Below, piece by piece: positions 1 through 9,171 of a DNA stretch of 64,000 bases (positions are counted from its first letter, which is position 1; each line of letters opens with the position of its first letter). The translations under genes were made by a program, and so were the position numbers. This DNA comes from Candidatus Acidiferrales bacterium (lineage in GTDB: Bacteria > Acidobacteriota > Terriglobia > Acidiferrales > UBA7541), in the NCBI GenBank assembly GCA_963722985.1, contig CAVROZ010000010.1, positions 14,341-78,340 of the forward strand, in the 5' to 3' direction. Under the pieces are notes generated by a model. It was not told the DNA's origin. It searched no databases and saw nothing but the letters and a program-made list of their open reading frames with translations.

Positions 1-510
1 GACCCAGGCAGGCTTTGCTTTTGTCGCTTCATGGGACAATCGATTGACATCCTCGATTGCCCGGGCAATTAGACCGCTCGCGGCTCCGCGAATACCCGTG
101 CCCAACAGAGCGTCTACAATGACTTCCGCGCTCGAGACTCCGGCCCAGGCCTTATCCCAGTCATCGGCGTCTTGCACTGACGTCACGTCGCCCAATTCGC
201 GCCAGAGATCGAAGTTCTTTGCGGCGTCACCCCGCAATTCTTGCGGGCTTGCAAACAGGTACACGTGGACCTGCCCGGCTTCTTCTTTGAGGTAGCGCGC
301 GACGACGAAGCCGTCGCCACCGTTATTTCCCTTTCCGCATAGCACGGCGACGTGTCCAGGAGCATCGGACATCTTGTAGCCGTATTGTTCGAGAAAAACT
401 TCCGCGACGCTTTTTCCTGCCGACTCCATTAACTGTTGACCGGTGATGCTGAAACGCTCCGTCGTCAGACGGTCGACTTCCTGCATTTCGGCGGCTGTTA
501 GCGCTTTCAT
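1..510 (-). CDS. nnr: NAD(P)H-hydrate epimerase/dehydratase (YjeF_N/Nnr), N-terminal part; runs off the window edge
   Basis: Manual translation from ATG 510: MKALTAAEMQEVDRLT..LMESAG..VLCGKGNNGGDGFVVAR..IVDALLGTG, which are YjeF_N motifs. Absent from the ORF track. Confidence 0.9.
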   Translation of the reverse strand, partial: MKALTAAEMQEVDRLTTERFSITGQQLMESAGKSVAEVFLEQYGYKMSDAPGHVAVLCGKGNNGGDGFVVARYLKEEAGQVHVYLFASPQELRGDAAKNFDLWRELGDVTSVQDADDWDKAWAGVSSAEVIVDALLGTGIRGAASGLIARAIEDVNRLSHEATKAKPAWV

Positions 511-556
511 ATCCGCGGACCTAGGTTGCTACGAAAAGCAGATTCCTCGCTCCCGT

Positions 557-1300
557 TCAGAGCATCCAACCGCCACTTACGTTGACGACTTGGCCCGTCA
601 CGTATTCAGCTTCTTCGGAGGCGAAGAAGGAAACCGCGGCCGCGACATCGTCCACCGTCGGGGGCCGGCCGATCGGATAACGCGCGTCCTTTAACTTTCG
701 TGCTTCTTCGAGCGTCAAATCTTTTTCGTCAATGCTCGAAGGATTCACGACGTTCACGGTGATGCCGTTTTTGGCTTCCTCGAGAGCCAGGGAGCGCGAC
801 AGGGCGACAACCGCGGCCTTTGCCGCGGCGTAGGCGGAGATTTTGGCCTGCCCGAAAGCGCGCTCGGCGCCTACGGCACCGAGGTTGACGATGCGGCCCC
901 AGCGTCCTTTGCGCATCAGCGGCAGCGCCGCGCGGCACATGTAAAAAACCGTGGTGACATTGGAATCAAAGATGCCAGTCCATTCTTCGACGGAAGCCTC
1001 GGCCAGCGTTCCCCAGCGAAATTCGCCGACGTTGTTTACCAGGACGTCGACCCTGCCATAACGGTCCGCCACTGTTCTGATCAGTTGTTCCGCGCGTGCC
1101 GGCTCGGCGATGTCCGTTTCCACAGCGACGCAATCCGCCCCAGCCGTTTGCAACTGACGCAGCGCCATTTGTGCGGCGGCTTTATTTGCGCGATAGACCA
1201 GGGCGATTCTCGCGCCTTCGCGCGCCAGTCCTAGGGCGATGCCCTTACCGATTCCCCGGGTACCTCCGGTGATTACCGCAACGCGGTTTCGCAACGACAT
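557..1300 (-). CDS. SDR family NAD(P)-dependent oxidoreductase (FabG-like)
   Basis: TGGTRGIG Rossmann motif, NNVG, YAAAK catalytic motif, C-terminal VTGQVVNVSGG. Confidence 0.9.
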   Translation of the reverse strand: MSLRNRVAVITGGTRGIGKGIALGLAREGARIALVYRANKAAAQMALRQLQTAGADCVAVETDIAEPARAEQLIRTVADRYGRVDVLVNNVGEFRWGTLAEASVEEWTGIFDSNVTTVFYMCRAALPLMRKGRWGRIVNLGAVGAERAFGQAKISAYAAAKAAVVALSRSLALEEAKNGITVNVVNPSSIDEKDLTLEEARKLKDARYPIGRPPTVDDVAAAVSFFASEEAEYVTGQVVNVSGGWML

Positions 1301-1437
1301 TCGTTATGATCCTCGGAAAACGTGCCAGTATAGCCCACCCTGTCTGCTTCCACCACCTCACCTCTATTCCGTCGGCCATGACTGAATGGCAAACCGTGCG
1401 GAATAAAGTCAGGCGCAGGGGACTGATTCGATACGTC

Positions 1438-1939
1438 GACTGGGTGGTGCGCTACAACAATCGCCATTTTCAAATTACGCCGCAGAGTAGCCACTACGCA
1501 CCAGCACGAGGCAAAGTGGTGGTGTGGGAATGGCCGCATGGCACGATCACCATCGAGTACCGCGGACGCGCGCTGCAGTGGCGGGAAATTCCGGCGCCGG
1601 TGGGACCGCGCGAGCGCGATCCGGAGTCGACAGCGGAACGGACCCGCCAGGGGCCGTGGCCCCTGGTGAAACGGCGGTGGGTGCCGCCAGCACACCATCC
1701 GTGGCGAGAGGCTGCTCGCCGAGCCATAGAGCAGCGAGCGAAGCACGCGCCAAACAACGCCGCGGTAGCACGACCATTGTTGACCAGTCCCTCTGCTTCG
1801 CCCTAAACACTCCGCCCTACGGGCTCCGCAGGGCTACGCTCCGGGCCTGGTCAACAACTCAGGCAGAAACGAAAAACAAAACAAAAAGGGGACATTTTTA
1901 ATGAGCTAAGAAAGGGGACATTTCTAATGAGCTTTGACA
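1438..1939 (+). mobile_element. Truncated IS remnant (ISNCY/IS1202-like): transposase C-terminus plus right end
   Basis: DWVVRYNNRHFQ..GKVVVWEWPHGTITIEYRGRAL..WVPPAHHPWR resembles ISNCY transposase C-termini. Subterminal direct repeats AAAGGGGACATTT(T/C)TAATGAGCT at 1885-1907 and 1911-1933, and a terminus TGACA ending at 1939. No catalytic domain or left end found. Confidence 0.7.
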
Positions 1940-1941
1940 CT

Positions 1942-1967
1942 CCGGCTTTCCACGCCGGCTTTCCACG
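1942..1967. repeat. 13-bp tandem duplication CCGGCTTTCCACG x2
   Basis: Exact copies at 1942-1954 and 1955-1967, just outside the IS end. Confidence 0.9.
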
Positions 1968-1968
1968 A

Positions 1969-1997
1969 TTGACGCTCTTTCGTAATACTGCTATTTT
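1969..1997 (+). promoter_or_regulatory. Putative sigma70 promoter for the downstream secreted repeat protein
   Basis: TTGACG-17 nt-TATTTT with an extended -10 TG at 1989-1990. Confidence 0.5.
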
Positions 1998-2152
1998 ATT
2001 CGCCGATCATCGGAGCCGACAAGACTCCGTGAACCGCCCTCTTTCTGTTTTTGTACATCCTGAATGGCTTAGATCGACCTTCGATTGTCTTCGCGACAAA
2101 CCCGCAGCCATTCGCCGGAATTGAAAGGGGCCGTCCATGAATAAGCGCGTGG

Positions 2153-3076
2153 TTGTTTTTTCGAATCAGTACCCTCCTCGCCTGCACGGTTTTTCTTTCT
2201 CTGCCTACATTCGCTCAATACTCGAATGGCGTCCTGCCGGGACCCGGCTGGCAAGTAATGAAGGCCGACTGGGGCTCCGGCAACCGCTGGATAGACGTGA
2301 CCGCGACGGTCCGCGTGCTTTTGTCTGGGAACGGCATGGTGAGAGTGAACAATCAGAATTTGGGAGGAGATCCGGCGGTTGGCGCGGACAAGACTCTTCG
2401 CATCCAGGCCAGGAACAATCAAGGGCAATCGCGGCAATTCACGTTTAAGGAAGGCAGTTCGATCGACGCCAGCCAGTTCTACAGCTATGGCGGGGGAATT
2501 GGCCCGGGCAATCCCAGCAATCCTGGTTGGCAGGTGATGTATGCCGACTGGGGATCGGGCAACCGGCGGGCCGACGTGACGCAACGCGTGCGCACAATGA
2601 TCTCTGGAAATGGCATGGTGCGAGTGAACAACCAGAATTTGGGAGGCGATCCGGCGGTCGGTGCCGACAAGGTACTGCGAATCTCTGCCCGTGATGGTCG
2701 AGGCCAAGTGCAACAGTTCTCTTACAAGGAGGGAGCAAGCATTAACGCGAGCCAGTTTTATAATTACGGCGGATATCCGGGCGGACCGGGCTACCCGGGT
2801 CCCGGGCCGGGTCCGGGGATACCTCCAGGGCCTGGTTATGGCGGCCTACAAATTATCCGGGCTTTCTGGGGCCTCAACAACCGTACCGGCGACGTCACGC
2901 AGATTTTGCGCAATCAGGTTCAGCAGAACGGCACCTTGATGATTCAGGTGAACAATCGGAACTTAGGCGGCGACCCTGCGGTTGGCGCCGACAAGGTCTT
3001 GACGGTGACTTATCGTGTGAACGGAAGAGAGCAAACTGCGACGGTGAAGGAGGGGAATACGCTGCGGATTCCCTAG
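2153..3076 (+). CDS. Secreted protein with three tandem ~75-aa repeats (DUF3395-like) and a Gly/Pro linker
   Basis: Signal peptide ending TFA-Q. The core NNQNLGGDPAVGADK (third copy NNRNLGGDPAVGADK) occurs three times. Start is ambiguous (TTG 2153, or ATG 2137 across a T6 run). Confidence 0.8.
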   Translation: MFFRISTLLACTVFLSLPTFAQYSNGVLPGPGWQVMKADWGSGNRWIDVTATVRVLLSGNGMVRVNNQNLGGDPAVGADKTLRIQARNNQGQSRQFTFKEGSSIDASQFYSYGGGIGPGNPSNPGWQVMYADWGSGNRRADVTQRVRTMISGNGMVRVNNQNLGGDPAVGADKVLRISARDGRGQVQQFSYKEGASINASQFYNYGGYPGGPGYPGPGPGPGIPPGPGYGGLQIIRAFWGLNNRTGDVTQILRNQVQQNGTLMIQVNNRNLGGDPAVGADKVLTVTYRVNGREQTATVKEGNTLRIP

Positions 3077-3141
3077 CCGAAGATGCCGGCCTGAGGGCGC
3101 GGTACTAAGTTTTGAGTGGCTCTTATTCGGCAGTGGACCGC

Positions 3142-5133
3142 CTATTTTAATTTGGCGACGATGACGGTCATGTCATCGGCTTGTTCTGCGGTGCTGGCCC
3201 ATTCTTCGGCCGCAGTCATTAGCGACTCGGCGATTTTGCGCGGAGAGGCTTGGCGGACTCGTTGGGCGGCGGCTTCCAGACGGGAGACGCCAAATTCTTC
3301 GCCGTAAGCATTTTCCGGCTCCACGAGACCGTCGCTGTAGCCGATCACTACCGCATTTGGCGGTACCTCGACGCAGCCTTCCTTGTAATCGTAGTCATCC
3401 ACGATGCCTAGCACGATTCCACCCACGTCGAGATGCTGCGGCTTGCCCTCGGACAGACAAAAGCCCGGTAGGTGGCCGGCATTCGTATAGCGTAATTTGC
3501 GGGCGGCGATGTCATAGATCGCGATCAGGAACGTGGCAAAGCGATCGTCGCCGGTGTTTCGGACCAGGTGTTTGTTCAGACGCGATACCAGTTCCGCGGT
3601 GCTGATGTTCTCGCTGCCTGCGGTGAGCAACTGACTGCGCAAAGCCGCCTGCAAGCTGGCCATCAGGAGAGCGGCGGAAATTCCCTTTCCCGAAATATCG
3701 GCGATGGCAATCGCGACCTGCGTCGGGCTGAGTTGGATGAAATCGTAGTAGTCGCCGCTGACGCCGCGCGCGGCTTTACAAATGGCTTCGATTTCCACGC
3801 CCTCGACGTGAGGCAGGTGCTCTGGAAAAAGCTGATCCTGAACCTCGCTGGCGATGGAAATTTCGTTTTCGAGGCGCTGCAGGTGTTTCTGCTCGCTGAT
3901 GAGCCGACCGATGGAGCCAGTCATGTTGTTAAAGGATTCGCCAAGCATGCCCAACTGGTCGCGGCGCTCAACCGGTACGCGCGCGGATAGATTGCCGGCC
4001 TGTACGGCTTGCGTAGCGCGTGACAAGTCGGAAATGGTGCGCGTGATGGCGCGAGTGAGGCGAACACCTATGACCAGCGCGGCCAGTTCGATAAACAGGA
4101 AAATTACGCCAATCAATTTAAGTTCGAATCCTTTGGCGCCGCCCAAATCTCCGAGTGAGGTAAAAATCCGGTGAGTGAGTTGTGATCTTCGGGCGTTGAA
4201 GAATCCGAACACCGGATGATTGCGGCTGAGAACACGGTCCCCGTCCAAATATGTCGCGTTTAGTTGTGAAAAGCCGTCAACAATCGGATCCATCCACCAT
4301 TGCGCCGACAATAAGGACCTTTTCTGTGTTTTGACCCTGGCGATAGCACGGTAATACTGTCGGCCGATCGGCACGGCCAATTGCGCCTGATCGGCGCCCA
4401 CAGTGGACCAGAGAGTGAAGGAGACAGGGCCGAGGTCGGGGGCCAGGCCTTCCAGAAATTCCGCGGTGACTGGTACGTTCAGATCGATGAATTGAACGCC
4501 CCGCGGGGAATCTACTTCCCTCATAGCAATAAGGCGAAGCTCCGTGCCTTCTTGCACCAGGCCGGTGAAGGACATCGCATCTTTTCCGGCGACTTCGCGA
4601 AAGTATTCCCGATTGGCTCCGAAGTCCACGACGAGGCCGGGCAATTCCTTTTCTTCGGCGTATAGAACCTGGCCAGCCAGCGCGCGCTCTAGCGTCGCTT
4701 GATCGATGTTTGCCGGCATGGTCGATTCCGCAGCAGCGATCGCTTCCGCGGAATTTCTCAACATCTCAAGGCGGTCTTCCACATCGTGGAATAGAAGATA
4801 GGCGCCCAATTGAGAGTAGATAATTTGCGCCAGTAGGCTCGCGAAGATTAGCAGCAGGATGATGGGGACTACGGCGATAAAGAGATAGGCCACGATCAGA
4901 CGGTTGCGCAGGCTCCACAACAATGGATTGCGCCAGCGGGTCCAAAAGCGGTAAAGGAGATAAAAGCCTGCCAAGATTCCAATGAGCTGGATCAACCCGA
5001 TGCCGGGGATACCAAGCAGATCGTCTCTGCGCCACCTGACTACTAGGCCGAGCACGCACAAGACGACGGCCGCCCAGTCCAGCTTGGACAGGCCCTTCCA
5101 GAATGAAATCTGCTGGTTTTGTATCCCAGTCAT
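3142..5133 (-). CDS. Membrane PP2C/SpoIIE (RsbU-like) phosphatase with extracytoplasmic sensor and HAMP domain
   Basis: N-terminal TM helices, HAMP (RRDQLGMLGESFNNM), and PP2C motifs VSGDYYDF, IADISGKG, YSDGL, DDMTV. Confidence 0.9.
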   Translation of the reverse strand: MTGIQNQQISFWKGLSKLDWAAVVLCVLGLVVRWRRDDLLGIPGIGLIQLIGILAGFYLLYRFWTRWRNPLLWSLRNRLIVAYLFIAVVPIILLLIFASLLAQIIYSQLGAYLLFHDVEDRLEMLRNSAEAIAAAESTMPANIDQATLERALAGQVLYAEEKELPGLVVDFGANREYFREVAGKDAMSFTGLVQEGTELRLIAMREVDSPRGVQFIDLNVPVTAEFLEGLAPDLGPVSFTLWSTVGADQAQLAVPIGRQYYRAIARVKTQKRSLLSAQWWMDPIVDGFSQLNATYLDGDRVLSRNHPVFGFFNARRSQLTHRIFTSLGDLGGAKGFELKLIGVIFLFIELAALVIGVRLTRAITRTISDLSRATQAVQAGNLSARVPVERRDQLGMLGESFNNMTGSIGRLISEQKHLQRLENEISIASEVQDQLFPEHLPHVEGVEIEAICKAARGVSGDYYDFIQLSPTQVAIAIADISGKGISAALLMASLQAALRSQLLTAGSENISTAELVSRLNKHLVRNTGDDRFATFLIAIYDIAARKLRYTNAGHLPGFCLSEGKPQHLDVGGIVLGIVDDYDYKEGCVEVPPNAVVIGYSDGLVEPENAYGEEFGVSRLEAAAQRVRQASPRKIAESLMTAAEEWASTAEQADDMTVIVAKLK

Positions 5134-5227
5134 GGCAGAAGGAGTTGCAGAAATACTTTACCCGATTCGTGGACGAGGCACGAGTGTGGTCGGAAAAGAT
5201 GGAAGCCTTAGGCGCTGCAGCCTATTT

Positions 5228-5289
5228 GTAGCACGGATCAGATTCCGCTCTACAGTTGCAGCCGACCGCCCTCAGGAGGCGGTCCCTAC
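5228..5289. repeat. REP-like palindromic doublet (GTAG family)
   Basis: GTAGCACGGA..TCCGCTCTAC at 5228-5253. The reverse complement of 5261-5289 reads GTAGGGACCGCC-TCCTGAG-GGCGGTC. Confidence 0.5.
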
Positions 5290-5332
5290 CCGGCATGGCT
5301 TCCGGGTACAGGCGGTCTAGTCGAGCCAGAAA

Positions 5333-6931
5333 TTATTCTTCGCGGAGTTGAGGATTTCGGACGCGGCTGTGGTAGCGGCCGTAAGTGAAGTAGATGACCA
5401 GGCCGATGACCAGCCAGATGATCAGCCGAGCCCAGTTGATCCAGCCGAGTTTGTACATCATGTAACCGTTGAAGGCGATCCCAAGCAGGGGCACAACCGG
5501 AACCAACGGAGTGCGAAAAGGCCGGGGCTGATCCGGATTTGTGTTGCGCAAGATCATTACCGCGATGCAGACAATGATGAAGGCAAGTAACGTCCCGATG
5601 TTGACCATTTTTCCGATGTCATCGATGGGGGTGATGCTGCCGACAATGGCTGCGAGCAAGCCCACGAGGATCGTGTTTTTGTAGGGAGTGCGGAATTTCG
5701 GGTGGATGGCGGCAAAAAACTTGCGAGGCAAGAGGCCGTCTTTCGCCATCGAATAGAGCACGCGTGTTTGCCCGAGGAGCATGACCAGCATGACGCTGGT
5801 TAAACCAGCCAGAGCGCCGAGAGTGATGATGTGAGAGGCCGTCGACAGGCCGCGATCTAGAAATGCGCGCGCGACAGGGGCTTCGATGTTCACATCCTGC
5901 CAGTGAACCATTCCAGTGAGCACGCCCGCCACCGCTATGTAGAGGATGGTGCAGACCAGCAGCGAAACGATGATGCCAATCGGCAGGTCGCGCTGCGGAT
6001 TCTTGGCTTCCTGTGCCGTAGTGGACACGGCGTCGAAACCGATGTACGCGAAAAAGATGTAGGCGGCGCCGGCTCCTATTCCTCCAAAACCCATGGGCGC
6101 GAAGGAATGCCAATCGGTGCCCCAATTTGCGGTGTTGATGTAATGCGCTCCGAGAGCGATGACGAAGAGCACAACGGCCACCTTGATTACGACGATGACG
6201 GTGTTGAAGCGCGCGCTCTCTTTGATGCCGACGGCGAGGATGATGGTGATGATGATGGCCACGAGGAAGGCCGGCAGGTTGAATCCGATCTCCGTGCCAA
6301 GGATTTTTGGGGCATTGACGAGATCGTGGGCGCGCTGAAGGAGTTCGGGAGAATGAACCGCTAGGATAGCGTCCGCTTTGTCGAGGAATGCTTGCGTCCC
6401 CGGCAGGAGCGACGGGTCCGCCGCTCGAGCCATTTCGCGCGCCACCGATTTTTGCGCAGTTGCTAACGCCGTCCAGTGGTCATAGGCCAGCCACAAAGGC
6501 ATTTTGAGATGGAATATGTTGAGCAATTCGATGAAGTGATTGGACCAACCCGAAGAGACGGTGCTTGCACCCATGGCGTATTCGAGAGTGAGGTCCCATC
6601 CAATGATCCAGGCGAACAGTTCACCGAGCGTCGCGTAGGCATAGGTATAGGCGCTGCCCGCGAGTGGGATCATGGCGGCGAACTCCGCGTAACAAAGAGC
6701 GGCGAAAGCGCAGCCGAGGCCGGAGATTACGAAGGAGAGCATTAAGCCGGGCCCCGCGTAGTGCGCGCCCAGGCCAGAGAAGACGAAGATTCCGGCACCG
6801 ATCACCGCTCCGACACCCAAGGCCGTCAACTGGAAGGGCCCGAGCGTTTTTTTCAGGCTGTGTTCGCCGGACTCCTTGGCTTCAGCAACTAATTGTTCGA
6901 GCGATTTAGTTGCGAAGAGCGGGTTGCGCAT
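5333..6931 (-). CDS. APC-family amino acid permease (CAT/YfnA-like)
   Basis: GAVIGAGIF, CYAEFA, GFDAVSTTAQEAKNPQRDLP. ATG 6931 has a GGAGGAG RBS. Confidence 0.92.
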   Translation of the reverse strand: MRNPLFATKSLEQLVAEAKESGEHSLKKTLGPFQLTALGVGAVIGAGIFVFSGLGAHYAGPGLMLSFVISGLGCAFAALCYAEFAAMIPLAGSAYTYAYATLGELFAWIIGWDLTLEYAMGASTVSSGWSNHFIELLNIFHLKMPLWLAYDHWTALATAQKSVAREMARAADPSLLPGTQAFLDKADAILAVHSPELLQRAHDLVNAPKILGTEIGFNLPAFLVAIIITIILAVGIKESARFNTVIVVIKVAVVLFVIALGAHYINTANWGTDWHSFAPMGFGGIGAGAAYIFFAYIGFDAVSTTAQEAKNPQRDLPIGIIVSLLVCTILYIAVAGVLTGMVHWQDVNIEAPVARAFLDRGLSTASHIITLGALAGLTSVMLVMLLGQTRVLYSMAKDGLLPRKFFAAIHPKFRTPYKNTILVGLLAAIVGSITPIDDIGKMVNIGTLLAFIIVCIAVMILRNTNPDQPRPFRTPLVPVVPLLGIAFNGYMMYKLGWINWARLIIWLVIGLVIYFTYGRYHSRVRNPQLREE

Positions 6932-6968
6932 GCAACTCCTCCTTTTTTGCACTGCCGAGCAGAGGAAA

Positions 6969-8507
6969 CTAGGCCCTGTCTTGCGCGGAACCACGCCGGT
7001 GCCACAGCCAGTACACCGGCAAGCCGAGCACAACGATCACCATGCCCATGCCCGCGGTCTGAGTTTCGTAGAGCAGCAGCACGACCATGATTCCCGTGGC
7101 CGCCACTATATATAAGAGTGGTACCAGCGGATAGCCGAAAGCTTTGTAAGGCCGCTCAGCATTCGGGCGCCGGCGGCGCAGCACGAAGATTCCGACGATG
7201 GTCAGGGCATAGAACAGCAGCGCCGCGAAGACCACGTAATCGAGAAGATTGCTATACAAATTGCCATACGTGCCGTCGGGCTTGCGCGTGCGTAACAGAA
7301 TCAGCAGAACAATCCAGACGCCTTGATAGGCGAGAGCGATTCCCGGAACGCCGCGGCTGTTCAGTTTCCCGGTAGCCTTGAAGAACAAACCGTCTTTGGC
7401 CATGGCATAAGCAACGCGGGAACCTGCCAGGATCAAGCCGTTGTTGCAGCCGAAGGTGGAGATGATGATCGCCACAGCCATGACGATAGCGCCTTTGGCT
7501 CCGAAAATCGCAGACAGAGCGGCCGTGGCGACGCGGTCGTCCGGCGCATTCTGGATTTGATTGAGAGGGAGAGCGCACAAATAGGCGAGATTCGCGAGGC
7601 AATACAACGAAATCACGATGATCGTGCCAAAGGCCATCGACAAGGCCACATCGCGCTTGGGATTTTTTACTTCGGCGGCCGTGAAGCCGATGTTGTTCCA
7701 GGCATCGGCAGAGAAAAGCGAACCAACCTGCGAAACACCGAGGGCAAGTATCAATCCGAACCAGCCGCTCGCGGCGGTGACAGTGGGCAGAATTCCGCGG
7801 AGGAAGCCAACCCCGGGCGTAATCGTGCTGGCGCCCCGAACGGCCCACATGTGAGTGAAGTTGTCGGCAATGGCTGAAGCGTTCCTGCCGACAAACAGGC
7901 AGAGAAGAATCAAGCCGAGCAGCGAGAGAACCTTTGCCGAGGTGAAGACATTCTGAATCCATTTTCCCAGGCGCACGCCACGGGTATTGAGGAACGTCAG
8001 AAAAAGGATCATCAGCACGCCGACGAGTTGTTGGACCGAAAGGCTCATTGCAAACCTGGAGGAAAAGTTGATCGGTGGGATAATCCAAGTATTTGGCGAA
8101 ATCGACGGAAACAAAACGCCGAGGTAACGCGCGAATCCAACAGCGACGGCCGCGATCGTCCCGGTCTGAATCACCAGAAACAGCGTCCAGCCATACAGGA
8201 AGCCCCAGAGCGGGGAGAAAGCCTCACGCAAATAGACGTACTGCCCTCCTGCGTGCGGAAACAATGCCGCCAATTCTCCGTATGACAGCGCCGCGGTGAT
8301 GGTCAAAAGGCCGGTCAGGATCCAAGTGAGCAGAAGACCACCGGCCGAACCGGTTTGGCGGGTGATGTCCGCAGCCACGATGAAAATTCCGGAACCGATC
8401 ATGGAGCCGGCGACGATCATCGTGCCGTCGAACAAACCGATGGCGCGCACAAATCCGTGTTCCGTTTTTTCCGTGGGCAATGGTGGGACGCTGATGGAAT
8501 CCGCCAT
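6969..8507 (-). CDS. APC-family amino acid permease (LAT-like)
   Basis: GSMIGSGIF, SYGELAA, DAWNNIGFTAAEVKNP; about 12 TM segments. Confidence 0.92.
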   Translation of the reverse strand: MADSISVPPLPTEKTEHGFVRAIGLFDGTMIVAGSMIGSGIFIVAADITRQTGSAGGLLLTWILTGLLTITAALSYGELAALFPHAGGQYVYLREAFSPLWGFLYGWTLFLVIQTGTIAAVAVGFARYLGVLFPSISPNTWIIPPINFSSRFAMSLSVQQLVGVLMILFLTFLNTRGVRLGKWIQNVFTSAKVLSLLGLILLCLFVGRNASAIADNFTHMWAVRGASTITPGVGFLRGILPTVTAASGWFGLILALGVSQVGSLFSADAWNNIGFTAAEVKNPKRDVALSMAFGTIIVISLYCLANLAYLCALPLNQIQNAPDDRVATAALSAIFGAKGAIVMAVAIIISTFGCNNGLILAGSRVAYAMAKDGLFFKATGKLNSRGVPGIALAYQGVWIVLLILLRTRKPDGTYGNLYSNLLDYVVFAALLFYALTIVGIFVLRRRRPNAERPYKAFGYPLVPLLYIVAATGIMVVLLLYETQTAGMGMVIVVLGLPVYWLWHRRGSAQDRA

Positions 8508-8519
8508 TGGTCGATTGCC

Positions 8520-9164
8520 TCAGTGGTTGGACGCGTGTTTCGCGGCGTCCAAACGCTCGATGAACTGCCGGGCTCGCTCCGCCGGGTCTGCGGCAGCGAA
8601 GATATCGCTAATCACGGCGACAGAATCGGCCCCGGCTTCGATGACTTCTGCAGCACGTTCCAAGCGGATTCCTCCAATCGCGACGATGGGCTTTTTCGTC
8701 AATGGCCTTAACTGACGAAGAAGTTCCGTTCCGACCACGGGATCGGGGTTCGCCTTGCTGGTTGTGGCGAAAATTGGTCCGATGGCAACATAATCCGCTG
8801 AAGTGGGGGTAGCCTGCTCAAATTGCTCGCGATTGTGTGTCGAAACGCCTACCCAGCGGTCCTGGCCAACGATGGTTCGCGACTGTTCCACGCTCAAGTC
8901 GTCCTGTCCGACGTGCACTCCATCGGCGCCTGAGAGATAAGCCAAGTCGGGGCGATCGTTCACAAAGAAATTCGCTTTTTCTCTTCGCGCCAGTTCCGCG
9001 ATTTGCCGGGCGGTCGCCAACATATCGCGCGGCTGGAGATTCTTGGCGCGATATTGCAGCAGACGCACGCCCGCCAGGACGAGTTGTCTGGCAATTTCGG
9101 GTGCAGGTCCACGAACCAACTCAGCGTCTAATATCACATAGAGCCTGGGCATCACAAGGCGCAT
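8520..9164 (-). CDS. thiE: Thiamine phosphate synthase
   Basis: QYRAK, VNDRPD, GVHVGQDD, STHN, GPIFATTSK, AIGGI. Start placed at ATG 9164. Confidence 0.92.
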   Translation of the reverse strand: MRLVMPRLYVILDAELVRGPAPEIARQLVLAGVRLLQYRAKNLQPRDMLATARQIAELARREKANFFVNDRPDLAYLSGADGVHVGQDDLSVEQSRTIVGQDRWVGVSTHNREQFEQATPTSADYVAIGPIFATTSKANPDPVVGTELLRQLRPLTKKPIVAIGGIRLERAAEVIEAGADSVAVISDIFAAADPAERARQFIERLDAAKHASNH

Positions 9165-9171
9165 GGATCGC

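Noticed and set aside
2260-3060. Repeated DNA blocks suggestive of an array
   Set aside because: They are in-frame protein domain repeats with synonymous variation; no spacers and no cas genes.
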